64,000 nucleotides of DNA, taken from the NCBI GenBank assembly GCA_951406725.2, contig OX597826.1, positions 56,792,001 to 56,856,000 of the forward strand. The letters are read 5' to 3'. Below are positions 13,421 through 27,593 of the stretch, piece by piece. The notes under the pieces were generated by a model that saw nothing but the letters and a program-made list of their open reading frames with translations, had not been told where the DNA came from and ran no database searches. Numbering within the stretch: position 1 is the stretch's first letter; each line of letters starts with the position of its first letter. This DNA comes from Octopus vulgaris (taxonomy: Eukaryota). The translations under genes and the position numbers were made by a program.

Positions 13421-14269
13421 TATTCTGATTGTAAAAAAAATCAAAACAAAGATAACAAATCAGAGAGGAGAAACGGTGGAAGGTAGTATGGTGGGGTGGA
13501 AAAGGGACCAGAAAGGGGTAAAATGGGGGTGGATGTTTTGTTATTGGTTGTTGAGAAAATTTTTTTTGAAAAAAAAAAAAAAACCTAACAAATCTAAAAA
13601 AGAAATGGAAAAAAGTGTGAAAAGATGTGGTGATGATGGTGATGGTGGTGGAGTGACTGGCTTGCTCCCCACCCTCTTCAGCCATCTAAACAAAACAGTT
13701 ATTTACTAACTGACAAGTCCCCACAATCATTTACCTGCTCAAGCCATGGAGTACCCCACCCTCTCACTCCCTTCCTCAATCCTTGATGAACAGCTGGGTC
13801 AACAACCACAGAAAATAAGCTTTAAAACAAATAAACAAAAAAAATCACACACTCCAACACACACCCAAAAAAAATCCATCTTCACACAGGAGGTCCACTA
13901 AGAAGGCAAAGGAGTAGAGTGTGAAAAAAAAAAAAATTAGGGGTGGTTGTTTTAGAAGAGGTGGGCTGAGAGGGTGTACATAAATTGATTGTATGTGTCA
14001 GTTCAGTGACTTTATTGTTTTATGGTTGAAGTCTTCTAAATGTCCCCTCACCACTAGAATTAACTTTTTTTTAAATCAATATCTAGAGTAAGGGTCATTT
14101 ATTCAGTTCACAAAGACCCTAGCCACGAACCCTATCAACACCTTGTGTTTAAATTATGCAGAAAGAAAAAGAGAGAGAGGAGAGAGAGAGAGATCTAACT
14201 CTAAAAACCATAAAATGAGGAATCACACCAGTCATGACTAAATCTCTCTTTACCACTTAACTAATGAGT

Positions 14270-14490
14270 CTCTTTCTACATGACCACTTGAGCTGCTAGA
14301 AATAGCAGCCAAATCTCGCCTAAATCACACACCCTACAAGTTTAAAATGAAAAAGAACATGTTAAATAATGCAGTCCTAAATCCTAGATATCCCTGCCAA
14401 AAATCAAAAATACAAAAAAAGATGGTTAGGGTTTAAATGCCTTTGATCACAGAGGGTAATCAATAAAGGTTGACCTGCGGCTTAAACCAC
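14270..14490 (+). mobile_element. Family C repeat
   Basis: gctgctagaaatagcagccaaatctc...aatgcctttgatc...tgacctgcggcttaaac. Confidence 0.75.
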
Positions 14491-14941
14491 ATCAGCAATA
14501 TTTCTCTAAGTGAAATATTTAAACATTGACATGTCACAGGAGACACACCCATCCCTTTATCCAAATGAGGCTGTCATATGAATAAATTAAGCAAAATAAC
14601 CCAATACAGTGAATTAACTGTCACTAAAACTTTAAATATTGTTTGAAAGCAATGTTTTGCTTGTTCTTCATTGAAGTTAGCCAAGATACTTTCGAAATAG
14701 CAAAATGAAGATCTCGAAATGTGATTGTTTCATAAAAACATAATGATTACAAGATGATAGGACTGACCTCTGGTTTGCTATTTATATTCTAGAAACATGA
14801 AAAGGAGTTGATCCCTTCAAGTGTAGATATAATTTAATGTATTTGATTTTAGATTTAGATATTTTTATAGAATTTTAAATACTTACAACACCCTTAACCT
14901 TTTCATATTGTGATGGCTGTATCTTTTTTTTTTCTTTTTAG

Positions 14942-15135
14942 AGTTGCAGTATCAGATGAACCTTGATCAAGCAAACCTATGATCAAAGTGTTCAAGCTGT
15001 GATAGTGCTTATTGATATGTAAATGGTTATATTATCTAATATATCTTTTCGTTATTTAAGATGGTAGGGATAAATATGAGGGAGATCTGGTAGTTATTTT
15101 TAGCAGATTCAAAGACTATGCAGAAGATCCCTTGC
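14942..15135 (-). mobile_element. Family C repeat
   Basis: ccttgatcaagcaaacctatgatcaaag...gagggagatctgg...ttagcag. Confidence 0.65.
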
Positions 15136-15417
15136 CATCAACAACAAACAGTAAGATTCATTTCTGAATTCTTCAAGTATAAAAGAAAGCACAAACAAGG
15201 TGAACAAGGTTGAAATCTGCACATGTGTGTGTGTGTGTGTGTGCACGCACCCCACCCCAAGTAGTCTCATGCAGGAGTAAGCTCCTCAAAAGTCTGTAAG
15301 ACAAATTCTAATTGCCATCGCAATTCTATAACTTGCTGCACATGGAAAGGCATAACTATCACAAAACAACTTGCATATTCCTAATTTAAAAACTCAGCTA
15401 CAGGTAGTTAGATACAT

Positions 15418-15419
<2 letters not shown>

Positions 15420-15483
<64 letters not shown>

Positions 15484-15629
15484 GCAAGTACATTAGACTA
15501 CCAAATGTAAATGTAATCTTCACTTTTGGTAACTAAAGAATTATTTTATCCTCTTTGCACTTGTATATAATGTTACCTATAATTTTTCCCCTGATGTTAT
15601 ATGAGTAAATACTGAATGTGTGTGTGTGT

Positions 15630-15677
<48 letters not shown>

Positions 15678-15850
15678 TTGTGTGTGTATGTATGTAATGA
15701 TACACAAGTAAGCAAATGCCTGCATGTATGTGAATAAGAAAAGAATACATGTTCATAAATATGTGTGCGTGAATGTGTATGTATGTATATCTGTGTTTGT
15801 ATATGTGTGTGTGTGTGTGTGCATATATATATATATATATATACACACTC
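15420..15850. repeat. Compound (TG)n/(TA)n microsatellite region
   Basis: Directly visible. Confidence 0.9.
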
Positions 15851-16127
15851 ACTCACTGACATGTAAAAGAAGATACGTAAGCATTATAGGTACACATACA
15901 CACGCATATATATGTATATATTGCACACACATACACAATATTGTTGATGCATGCTAAAATGACGCATACACATCTCTATCACAATTATTTAATGAAGTCC
16001 AAACTTCATTAAGCTTGAGCTAGTTACTTATCCTATCTACAAATTATGTACTATATACACTTCTTTCAAAAGCAATTGACAAAATTATGTGCGAAACATG
16101 TCAACCACATAGCCTTGCTAAACATAC

Positions 16128-16550
16128 CAGCGTGCGTTGTTTATCTACAGCTAATCTTCATCCCCACCACCTCCTCCACTGCCCTCTTTCTCCTCTCTTC
16201 TTCTGGAGATGAGAGACAAGAGACACATTCAGCAGTGAAATCAGTAATGATAAGATCTGTTAATTACACAGCGGCATTGATAATGTGAAATAAGACAAAT
16301 ACATTGAGTCACTTCTCTTTGAAGTGTTGCAAGAGCTCAAGAGAAGAAGTCGCCCAATTTTCAAAATGATATATAGATCAGTTGATCTTGGATCAGATAG
16401 ATCTCGGATTAATCCAGATCTAAGAGAATATTTTTAGCTAAGATCCGATTTCGAACAGGAACGAGAAGAAAATATAAGTACGACAGAAGCTATATTTCCC
16501 AAAATTGCGATTATCTATTTAAAATCTAGATATATAAGTAAGCGGAAAAA
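16128..16550 (-). promoter_or_regulatory. Local CpG-retaining element; candidate internal promoter or alternative first exon
   Basis: Cluster of CpGs inside a CpG-poor domain. Minus-strand donor CTG|GTATGT at 16128/16127. Palindrome tagatctcggattaatccagatcta at 16398-16422. Confidence 0.35.
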
Positions 16551-16695
16551 GTAAATGTATATTAAACAAAACCAAAAGAAAAACAAATAAAAAGACACAT
16601 CAAAGGAAAGTTATAAAAGCAAGTCATTATTTTGACATATCTTCTGTTAATGATGGAGTAGATTTGTTTTGTTTAATCCTATGTATGTGTGCGCT

Positions 16696-16740
<45 letters not shown>

Positions 16741-17261
16741 AAGTATGCGTACATGTATACACACAGGTTTATGTTAGGAAGATATGTAAGTAAGTAAGGA
16801 GAATTAAAAGGAACTTGTATTAAATACACATACAGCATTCTACATAATATATGTACACACAATGGAATACATACAATGCAACTATGAGCAGGTTCCTAAG
16901 ACTGCTTACTTTGAAAGAAGTGGGTAACAGAATACCTGCTTTAACTCCTACATCAAAGATATTACTTGTTCTTAGTATAAAGAAGAGCCAGGTAGACATG
17001 TAAATCCATCCATTCTGCTATCCACCCAACCTACCCCATTATTACAAACACTGTAACCACCAACACATTAGCATGACAATAATTTTCCACAGGAAGGAAA
17101 AAAGGCATAAGCTGGTAAATAAATATCAACATTGTCAGTGATTGAAGACGATAGCTGGGGCATATCTAAGAGGACTTTAACTACTCAATTCTGATAAAAG
17201 TACAGAAAGTATTATTCAAGTCCTATACATCTGATGTAAAGACACCCTTTTGAGGTACAAG

Positions 17262-17527
17262 TCCTGACAAGGTTGTTTGTGGAAGACCAACAGTCACCCA
17301 TGCATACCGGTCTCCCTTCTCCTCACCACTGATGTTGTGAAAGGGAAAGGCAAAGGCTAATACAGCTTGGCACCAGTGATGTCACAACTCATTTCTACAG
17401 CTGAGTGAACTAGAGAAGTGTGAAATAAGTGTCTTGCCCAAGAACGCATCGCACAACCCAGTCTGGGAATCAAACTCACAACCCTTTGATTGTGAGTCTG
17501 ACACTCTAACCACGGAGCCAAGCACCT
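17262..17527 (-). mobile_element. tRNA-derived SINE family E
   Basis: Minus strand: A box tggctccgtggttag, B-box-like gagtttgattcc, then cttgggcaagacactt...cactcagctgtagaaatgag, a CORE/V-like central motif. Confidence 0.75.
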
Positions 17528-18939
17528 TCACTATCTGATATATAAAAATAAAAAATATCAGAAAAAATGAAAGGTTTAACACCTCGTCTTTTCTGCTCAA
17601 GTAAAAAGCTCACCTCCGAGGCTATAATAGTTCCATTGGTGGTAGCATGTGAAAGTATTTCCAGAGGGGAATGCATGCAAGAAAGCTGTACCATTAAACA
17701 CAATTCTATCACTATAGAATCAAAGAGAGATGGAGTTCACATAGATTTATGTAGATATGATAGTTTAATGTAGCACATGTGGTAAGCAGTAGGAGCACTG
17801 TAAAAATTGATAAATGTTACACTTGATTTGCACTTCTGTGCAAAGGTAACAGGAAATTACTGCTGCGAACTCTTCCTTTATATCACTCCATCACAACTAG
17901 TGTTTTCAGAGGTGTGTGGATCAATGACCCAATGGGGACTACATAAAAACCAACCCTTATAACACTGTACATGCACACACACGCACACAAGCTATCTAAC
18001 AGCCTTTGGTTTATATCCAAAAGTAATTACTGTGATGTATTCTCATACCAGACGAATTTGCATGCTTTATTGCTTAATCATTAAACAAATTATTATCATT
18101 ATTATTATTTAACAAATAATAATAATAATAGTAATCATCATTATTATTATCATTATTATTACCATCATCATTATTCTTCATCACAGTTTTCAAAACAAAG
18201 AACAAGAGTAGAGTTAATGTGTAGCAAAACATTGCTGTATTTATTAATGAGGAAAGTTAAACAAGATAGAGAAAAAGAGAGAAAACTGTGATTAAAAGCT
18301 CCTGAGCATTATTTAATTTAAAAGTCCTAAAACATGACCAATTATATTTCCAAATTTCAATGAACAAAGTAATTTTGACTATCAGCTATTTTAGTGCCAT
18401 TAAAATGTTGATTGTGATGACGAGCACATTATAATTCGGTTTTTGCTCACGGAGCTAGAACAATAATGGTTAACAACTGGAAATTAACCATTATCTCAGA
18501 GAATATCTTCAAAAGTATACGTTTAACATATACGTACATGTGCGTGTATGTGTGTGTGTGCATGCGTGTGCTATTTGTGGCAATTGTAGGTTTGGAATTT
18601 CTGAGATGAGATTCCTCAAGATGTATTGTTACTGCAAAATCATTTCATTTATTTTAGGTAATTTATGTCTAATCTGATCTACTTAGAAATATTGGTATAT
18701 TTTGTCTGGGGAGAAAAAAGCGCTATCTTTTCAGGGCAGAAGAATAGAGATTTTCTAACTTATATGCATTTTTATTTTTACTCAAAAGATAAAGTGAAAA
18801 TAATCGAACGAAGTGAACAGACTTAGAAATAGCATTGGCTTGTTAGTATCTACCACTTGTTGTATGGAGATTACTACAACCATTAAAAGAAAATCAGGAA
18901 CTATCTAAACTAGGTACAAGCAATATAAAAAGCGATATA

Positions 18940-19130
18940 AAATATCCCAGGTCAGACGTGGTTAAGGAAACCTATAAACCAAGGCACCCCAGTGACAGCT
19001 ATCCCATCGTTTTTCTCAACAAAGTCTACACAGAACTATATTACCTAATGAATCAGCAGTTTTTTTTTAGCCTAGGCATGATTTGAGGGAGATTTGGCTG
19101 TTGCTTTTTAAGCAGTAGAAGGTTTCATGA
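18940..19130 (-). mobile_element. Family C repeat, diverged
   Basis: cccaggtcag...tgatttgagggagatttggctgttgc. Confidence 0.6.
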
Positions 19131-20248
19131 TTGATGCAAATTCCTTTGTTATCAATTTGTTGATCCAGAAACAATTCATTAGGTTATGAAATGTGTTACT
19201 GTATTTGCAGATCTATCAAACCTATGCCAATATGTGAGAACAAATGACAAATAATGATGATGACAGTGGTGATGATAATCATCATCATCACCATCATCGT
19301 CATCATCATTATCTATGACAAGAATTATTTCATAAATTCCAAGAAAATTAACAGTAAGTTGTTTAGGCTATATACTAACGAAACAAAAAGTATTTCTTCC
19401 TATTCATTAGGATAAGAGCTGTGTCTCATTCTTCAAGACAATAGAATTTCCATTGCTGCCAGTACCCAGGAAGACATTTCAAAATAAATAAAGATGCTAG
19501 TCAAAGGGTTAATTTTTGTTTCTGTTTTCAGCTCTGTTCTTAGATTTTTGCAAACATTTTTTTGTTAAAAATACTTGTTTTAGTGACTGTCTATTACAGT
19601 TTCAGGCTTTACAAAAACAAAACCTTTATAAGTAAGTACACTTGTCTGCTGGGAAACAAGAATTTTCTCTCTTTTTTTTTATATATATATTAAAAGCATT
19701 TTCAGTTGATATCATCATCATCATCATCATCATCATGATTATTTATTGATATAATTGTCATTGTGTTGTTTTCCTATTGTTATTATTATCATCATTAGAT
19801 ATTATAAATGTTGTTGTTGTTGTTGCTGCTGCTGCTGCTGCTTCTAACATTTGTTATTATGGCTGTTTCGTTTTTGTCTTGTATTCTTAGAGAATATGAA
19901 CTTTTAACCAAGCAGAAAATAACTCTTAGATTTTGATAGGGAGAAAAAAAAAATGGAAACGAAAATGAAAGTAGTAAAAATGAAGAAGTATATTTTACAA
20001 AGAAGACTAAAGAAGAAACTGAAAAGAAAATTAGATCTGGAACACAATAAAACTGTGTGTGTGTATAAGTATGTGGCACACACAAACACATATTTGATAG
20101 AGAGAGGGGGAGAGAGAGAGAGAGTGAGTGAGAGAGAGATTAATATTTAACTCAGAGAAGCAGTCTGAAGTTCAAATTTTACTATACACACATATAGGGA
20201 GGTGTGGAGTAATGAGAAGGGGAGGAATGAACAAATGAGCAAAGGATC

Positions 20249-20279
<31 letters not shown>

Positions 20280-21048
20280 TAAGAATAAAGACAAACGGTG
20301 ATAGATAGATAAATGGAGAGAGGGATAAAATGGATTTATGGATAGACAGCAAAGTCACAGAGCGAGGGGGAGAAAGAAGGGAAGAAACAGTAAGAGATTG
20401 CCGATGAGTGTAAAAAGGAAATGAGGTGGCGGAGAGCAGTGGTTAAGATAGCGGCACAGACAGTGGCGGATAAGGTAAGCCATGGTAGAGAAGCCTTCAA
20501 TAGCAGTGGTGGAGGTGGGGGTGGAGGTGGAGGTAATACTTAAGATAGTAGTGGTGAAGGTTGGCAGCAGGCAACTGGAAAGAGAGGAGTCTGTGCCTTC
20601 ATTTGTCTGTTGCGAACTTTCTTTCATTCATTCCTTTCCATTCAAGGAATTTTCCAGATATGTTCGTTATCAAAAATGAAGAAACAGTCACAGAAGCTAA
20701 TAAGTTCCTTCATTGTGCTCACGGTGGAATGCGTGCAGAGTATAATGAGGCAAAAACAACCTGTACTTAAAAAGAATGCCACAAGATATGTCGGAGACCA
20801 GTGATTAGGGTGACAGGGGGAGAGAAGAGGGGGAGGAAAAGCGAAGAGTGATATGGTAGGTAAGACGGAGAGGGTGAGCAGGAGGAAGAGATATAGAGAT
20901 GAATATAGAGAGGGGGAAGAGAAAGAGACTTGAAAAATACACGTGTGTATATATATACAAACACACACGACACATATATACAACACACATATACACACAT
21001 TCAGGTATTTGAGCATAACTAGCATGACAGGGGAAAAGAGACTGAAGA

Positions 21049-21100
<52 letters not shown>

Positions 21101-21904
21101 CATATATAAATTTATTTAAGAGAGAGAGATGGAGATGTGTACAGAAGAGAGAAGATTTGAAAGTCGGAAAATGAAACAAGGTACATAAAAGAAACTTAAA
21201 CAGGGAGTAAGCGAGTGATAAGGATGAAAGAGGGACAGACATGAAAAGGGTGAAAGAGAAGACAAGAAATATGGAAATAGTTGTTGTTGTTGTGGTTGTT
21301 AGTGGTGGTGGTTGTGGTGGTGATGATGGATATGGAATATCAGTTTATCATTGAATGAATGAAGCAGTTACCCTGAAGTAATAGTGAGGAAGGAGTTGGG
21401 GATTGATGGAGGAATGAAGGTGGAGTAGGAAAGGCTGCGTTCTCAAACAAAAAGGGGCACACAAATATTATATAAACTATAGAAAGTTATATAAACATAT
21501 TGTATATATAGGCGTGTGAGTGTACACACACACACACACATATTTTGTATGTATAAAAGAGAAGAGCTTTTCTTTTAAACACATTGGAGCTATGACTTTT
21601 TTTTTTTTTATTCAAGATTTATATTTCTTTCAATTATTTTTTTTGAAGTCCTTTTTGTTTCAGGAACTTCTTATTCTTATCTTCAGCAGTTACAAGATCA
21701 TTCCCATGATCCCTTGCTTCATATATACTAAAGTAAATTTATCAACATGTTACTATAGTCACTTCATGCTGAAGATGAGACAGTTGGTTTGTAAACAATG
21801 TTACTAAAGGACTAATATGGAAATATTTAAAAAATCATTAATTAAAAGAAAAAAAAGTGAATACAACTATATACAGTAATGTCTCTTCAGCAGACACAAA
21901 ATGC

Positions 21905-22200
21905 TATCATCATCAATTTACATCCATTTCCTATGCTGGCATAGGTTGTCACAAGCTAAGCCTATTCTTATTGAGAGTACACATCATTTCTATGGCTGGC
22001 TGCTTCTCCTTCTTATTGCTAACCACTTCACAGAGCGTGCTGGGTACATTTTCTCACAGCACCAACCAGAGTGGTTGAACAGGGTTCAGCAAGACAGGAC
22101 TACAGGAATCTTACAACCTTGCCTTTTCTCTGATCTTTTGCAAAGTACTTTAGAGTGTGTCTTGGGTGCATTTTTACAGCACCAGCACTAGAGAGGAAGC
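21905..22200 (-). mobile_element. Family D, old diverged copy
   Basis: catcatcaatttacatccatttcctatgctggcataggttg resembles the reverse complement of the family D 3' end. Confidence 0.5.
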
Positions 22201-22283
22201 ACCAATCACCAATAAAAAGGAGTAGTCTTGCTCACCACAAAAGGAAAAGTATTCACTGCATATATGTACAGTTTATGTCAATT

Positions 22284-22410
22284 CTTTTCTACTCAAGGCA
22301 CAAGGCCTGAAATTTGGGGGAGAGGGCCAGTTGATTAGATTGATCTCAGTACACAACTGGTACTTAATTTATCGATACCGAAAAGATTAAAGGCAAAGTT
22401 GACCTTGGCA
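22284..22410 (-). mobile_element. SINE family A (A1 tail), 5'-truncated
   Basis: ggcacaaggcctgaaattt...ctggtacttaatttatcga...aaaggcaaagttgacc. Confidence 0.8.
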
Positions 22411-22436
22411 CCTTACAATTTACATCAACTAAAAAA

Positions 22437-22686
22437 CAACTGGTGAATCACTCCTTTGTTGAATTCAGTTCAATTTTGGCTAAAATACATGCAATGCAAA
22501 AACAAAAAAAAAATACCGAGTAACAATGAACTGAATCTGAGTATAGCTTAGTTCTGTCTTACTTAAAATTTCGTTGATGCCAGTACTACAGGTCTACAAA
22601 CTGTTAGAAACAGGTGATGATTCACTGCATGTGGTATTTCAGGCAACATCGAGCCTGAATTCAACAACAGAGTGATTCATTAGCTG
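22437..22686. mobile_element. MITE with ~32-bp TIRs, probably Tc1/mariner-like
   Basis: caactggtgaatcactcctttgttgaattcag at the left versus ctgaattcaacaacagagtgattcattagctg at the right. TA follows the right end. Confidence 0.65.
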
Positions 22687-22980
22687 TATCTTAATAAATA
22701 TAAACTCTACTATGTCTGTTTAGTAGTAGCCTTTCTTTCGTCTGTAACAAAAACAAACTATATATCAGATCCAAAAGTATAGAGAAATCTTCAGGGAATA
22801 CTTAAAATGAGAAACCTTATCTTCAAAATCACCACCGTCGTCATCACCCTCATCGCTATCATCCATGAATATACTATGAATTCCTGCTAGTAACAACACC
22901 GCATGCATTAATCCACCTGGTAATACTGGTAATAGAACTGTTTTCAAACTATCTTCATCGCACAATACCACCACCACCAC

Positions 22981-22995
22981 AATAATAATAATAAC

Positions 22996-23070
<75 letters not shown>
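22981..23070. repeat. (AAT)n microsatellite
   Basis: Directly visible; source of the poly-Leu ORF. Confidence 0.95.
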
Positions 23071-23071
<1 letters not shown>

Positions 23072-23441
23072 GGTGGTGTAGCATAAGTGTTTGGAGTTTA
23101 TCCTTGCTAATCAATGACTTTGGCATTGATTCTCAGCTGGAACCGCTTCCCCGAGGAGAAGATATGAATGTCACCAACTCACATTATTTATTCCACTATC
23201 TAAAAATCTTATATGGAAACAACTCCCCACCACCACCACCACTCCTACACACACAAATTCTTATCACCATTATTATCTTTAACAGTGGAATCAACCACAG
23301 TAGTAGTCAACCAGATTAGTAGTAGGAGTAGTAGTAGTAGATTTTAATTTTCTGTTCCCCTCATAATTCATATTCCAGTTAAGCAGCAGACTGCATTGCA
23401 GAAAATTCACACCTGCCTTTTTCTTTCTTTTTATATATCAT

Positions 23442-23507
<66 letters not shown>

Positions 23508-23517
23508 ATACTACTAC

Positions 23518-23568
<51 letters not shown>

Positions 23569-23570
<2 letters not shown>

Positions 23571-23781
23571 TCTTTCTACTATAGGCAGCAGGCCTGAAAT
23601 TGTGGGAAGGGGGATAGTCGATGACATCGAACCCTATTACTCAACTGGTATTAATTTATCAACCCCTAAAGGATGAAAGGCAAAATCGACCTCAGCAGAA
23701 TTTTGAACTCAGAACATAGCGACAAACAAAATATACCTCTAAGCATTTTGCCCACAGTGCTAACAATTCTGCCATCTTGCC
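23569..23781 (-). mobile_element. SINE family A (A1 tail), full length, between (AAT)n runs
   Basis: Head, B box, central domain and tail present; (AAT)n on both sides. Confidence 0.85.
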
Positions 23782-23786
23782 ACAAC

Positions 23787-23834
<48 letters not shown>

Positions 23835-24567
23835 CTTTTCCCTGCCATTATTGTTGCCTTTTTTGCACTAATTGTCATTGTCATCATTGCTGTTGTTGCT
23901 GTCATCTAAGAAAGGACTGTGACAAGAGAGATGCAGAAAAACCAAAGCAAGGAGACTGTGGTTGGAAGAAAGAAAGAATATTATAAAGCAAAGCAGAACT
24001 AAAGAAAAATAAGCAAACAACAGCAATGAAAGCCAGAACAGCCCTTCCCAACCATATCATTGAAACAGCCTACAATAACAAACTGTGTGTTGGTTGTGAG
24101 TATATAAAGAAGAGTAAGGAAGACTAAAGAAGAGCAACCCTTATTTCTACACAAAAGTTTATATGTGTACAAATGGACATACATACATACATATTTATAT
24201 ATGATATATAAATATGAATGTGTGTATGTTTGTGTAGGCATGTATGTGTATCTGTATGTAAATGCGTAAAGTGCCTACCTCTGCTACGTCTAACAATGGT
24301 TAGTCATCAAATACTGCCATTTGCAACAAAGCTAGGTTAAGCTTTGCCTTGGCCCAGATGAGTGACTGACTATTGCTATAACAGTGAATTCCATAAAAAT
24401 TGATTGTGACATTAAGATCAACTTGGTACTAAAAAAACAGTTGATCAGAAAAAGAGTATTCGATACAACATGAGTTGTATTTCTCTTCCTAAAACTAAAA
24501 TATCTACAACTTGATTAAGTATATCAATGCTTACTAATATATATTCAACCAAAGTTGAAAGCAATTC

Positions 24568-24599
<32 letters not shown>

Positions 24600-24677
24600 G
24601 TGTGCATGTAATGATTTACAATCTTGAATGCTAATCTGAAAAGAGTGTGGTTTGACATTCAATGAATATGCTCACTC

Positions 24678-24717
<40 letters not shown>

Positions 24718-25649
24718 TGTTTATGTGTGTGCATGTTTTGTATGTTGATACATATACACACCCCTGCAAACAAGTTTTGTTGTCATGAGGAGAGCTTCTT
24801 CTTCAGCACACTTCCCCTAAGACAAAAAATACAGATAACAAACATACACATATACACATACAAACATGCAATGCACGCATTCATGGACACAAATACAAAG
24901 CGAAACACATCTCACAAGAATGCACACACACACACACACACACACACATTGCAAAAATAGTTTGGTATCAGCATTCTTGATTGATGGATTTATACAATGT
25001 CACTCTCAGAAAAATAAAAAATAAAAATATCAAAATGAAAACATTGGAAATAAGGTATTGACTGGGTTGGAGGGGTAAGTAGGCAGGGGTAGAACAGTGC
25101 AATGTCCTCATAATTATGATGTGCTCAGGCCTTGCAATGCTCTACTTTCACCAACCCACTCTTCACCTAATGAGGAAATTTAATGAGGCAGTCATTAAAA
25201 CACTGTCAGAAGAAAAAGAAAGGCATGTACAGGAGAGACCTGAGTGTAAGTCTGTCTGTCTGTCTGGCTCTCTTTGTCTTCCTATGCTGGTGGGAAGAGC
25301 TGGAAGCAGGGGCAAAGAGCAGAAATGTGCTGGAAATTTGGAGGGATTTTGCTGACAATATTGTTACACCCAAAATATTCTCTGATGCAGACAGTTGGAA
25401 AATGATGAGGCCTCATCGAGATCATGTTTAACAGACCATGACTATTCTGGCCACCACCACTGGCAACCTGCTACAACTGCTATGACTACAACCATCACCT
25501 CACCAACACAAGTAGGACCATCAAAACAGCTACTATTGCTTACACTGCTACCATTCTATGTCTACTGTAAGTAACCAGAGAAAGAGGAGATTGAAGAAGC
25601 AGGCTGACCCCTTGTAATCAAGGTTCCAAATTCCTTTGCCATGGAAAGA

Positions 25650-25704
<55 letters not shown>

Positions 25705-26839
25705 AGCTGTATTTGAGGGACAAATTAGGTTGTTTGATAAATACATAAATAAATCTTTCTATTCTCTGCCACCACTCCATTCCCAGGATATTCTATCTGA
25801 TGGCATATCTCAATAGCTTATCTGGGGAGAGATGGAGAGAGAGACAGAGGATAGAGAGAAGAGAGAGAGAGAGAAAAAGAGAGAGGATAGAGGGAGAGAA
25901 AAAGAGAGAAGAGAGAGAGAGAGAGAAGGGCAGAGCAAAGACAACTTTGCTTGTTGAACTTTTATAAATAGTGAATTAATGCAATTTGCTTGTAGTTAGT
26001 TGTTTAGCTGAGACCAGGGCTATATTATATAGTTTAGCTGATGATGATGATGTAATGTTACTTAGTGGAACTTGTCATCAGCAGTGTTAATTATTCGGGT
26101 GGAAGGGAGAGAAGACAAGAACAAGAGGTATTTATAGTTGTCCCTGATAAAAACTAAACTACTTACTCTCGTGGTTCCTAGTTTAAATAAGAGTCCAGTT
26201 ACTTTGCTGCGCCAATAAGCAGGGTAAATGTACAACAAAAACAAATAAATTAATAAATAAATAAATAAATAAATAGATGAAAAGAAACTAAAATTCTGCA
26301 AAAATATAAACAAATAAAACCAACTCCTCTTTCTACATAAACAGCACTGTGGGGGTGCCTGAGTATTGAAGAGGAAATTGCTATTAGAAAAGCTTTGGTG
26401 TCAGTATACACATACAGGGAAAGGAGAATTACAATATGATACAATACGATTATTATCATTAATTTTGTCTAGCCACAGCAGTAGTAGTAGTAGATGACTT
26501 AATACGCAAAGAAATGATCTTTAGTATAGAAAGCAAGAAATCAGATCCAAGAGGATGGAACTTCAGAAATTAGACCAATTCTAATGCACCAGAAATGCTA
26601 AAACAAGTTTATAACATAAATATACATATAAGACCTTAAGTATTTTTACTTCCTTTTTCTTTTTTTAGGGGAGAGGTTGGGTATGAAGATGTGAAATGTT
26701 AGGATGTTCATGCCTTTGCCAAGTACACTTACAAGTCAAGTGAAGTGCAAGAAACATCTCCTCCTACTGGAAATTGTAAACCAAGTCATAGATAACACTG
26801 AAATGAGCTGTTTCTTAATGTATAAATAAGTAAGTCAGC

Positions 26840-27050
26840 GATGGAACTTCCATGTGATCACTCACGCAACCTGCTAGTAATAGCAGCTAAATTTCCATCA
26901 AATCACACCATAGTGTTTATTCAAAAAGGGAAAATACACACACTTGGCAATGTAGTCCATGATATACAAAAAGACAACAGATACACCTAGAACACCTATG
27001 ATCATAGATTTACAATAGGTAAACCATCAAGATCAAAGCCCAACTGGAAC
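26840..27050 (+). mobile_element. Family C repeat
   Basis: acctgctagtaatagcagctaaatttccatcaaatcacacc...tgatcatagattt. Confidence 0.65.
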
Positions 27051-27079
27051 ACTGCCTTCTAATACATACACACATACAT

Positions 27080-27492
27080 GCGCAGGAGTGGCTGTGTGGT
27101 ATGTAGCTTGCTAACCAACCACATGGTTCCGGGTTCAGTCCCACTGCGTGGCATCTTGGGCAAGTGTCTTCTGCTATAGCCCCGGGCTGGCCAATGCCTT
27201 GTGAGTGGATTTGGTAGACGGAAACTGAAAGAAGCCTGTCGTATATATGTCTATATATATATATATATGTATATGTATGTGCGTGTGGGTCTGTGTTTGT
27301 CTCCCTAGCATTGCTTGACAACTGATGCTGGTGTGTTTACGTCCCCGTCACTTAGCGGTTCGGCAAAAGAGACCGATAGAATAAGTACTGGTCTTACAAA
27401 GAATAAGTCCCGGGGTCGATTTGCTCGACTGGAGGCGGTGCTCCAGCATAGCCGCAGTCAAATGACTGAAACAATTAAAAGAGAGTAAAAAG
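27080..27492 (+). mobile_element. SINE family B (tRNA head, CORE-like domain, internal microsatellite), full length
   Basis: A box tggctgtgtgg, B box ggttcagtcc, CORE-like cttgggcaagtg, internal (TA/TG)n, tail gtcaaatgactgaaacaa...(taaaagag). Resembles octopus OR-type SINEs from memory. Confidence 0.9.
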
Positions 27493-27593
27493 ACTATATG
27501 TGTATGTGTGTTGTCTTTAACTACTGGGCCTTTTAAAATGTTCTAGCATAAAACTGATGAGCATGATAAAACTGCACATATTTAGTAACAATT

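Noticed and set aside
17440-17527. tRNA gene (also the heads of families A and B)
   Set aside because: Degenerate A/B boxes run directly into SINE body sequence and no complete cloverleaf is evident.
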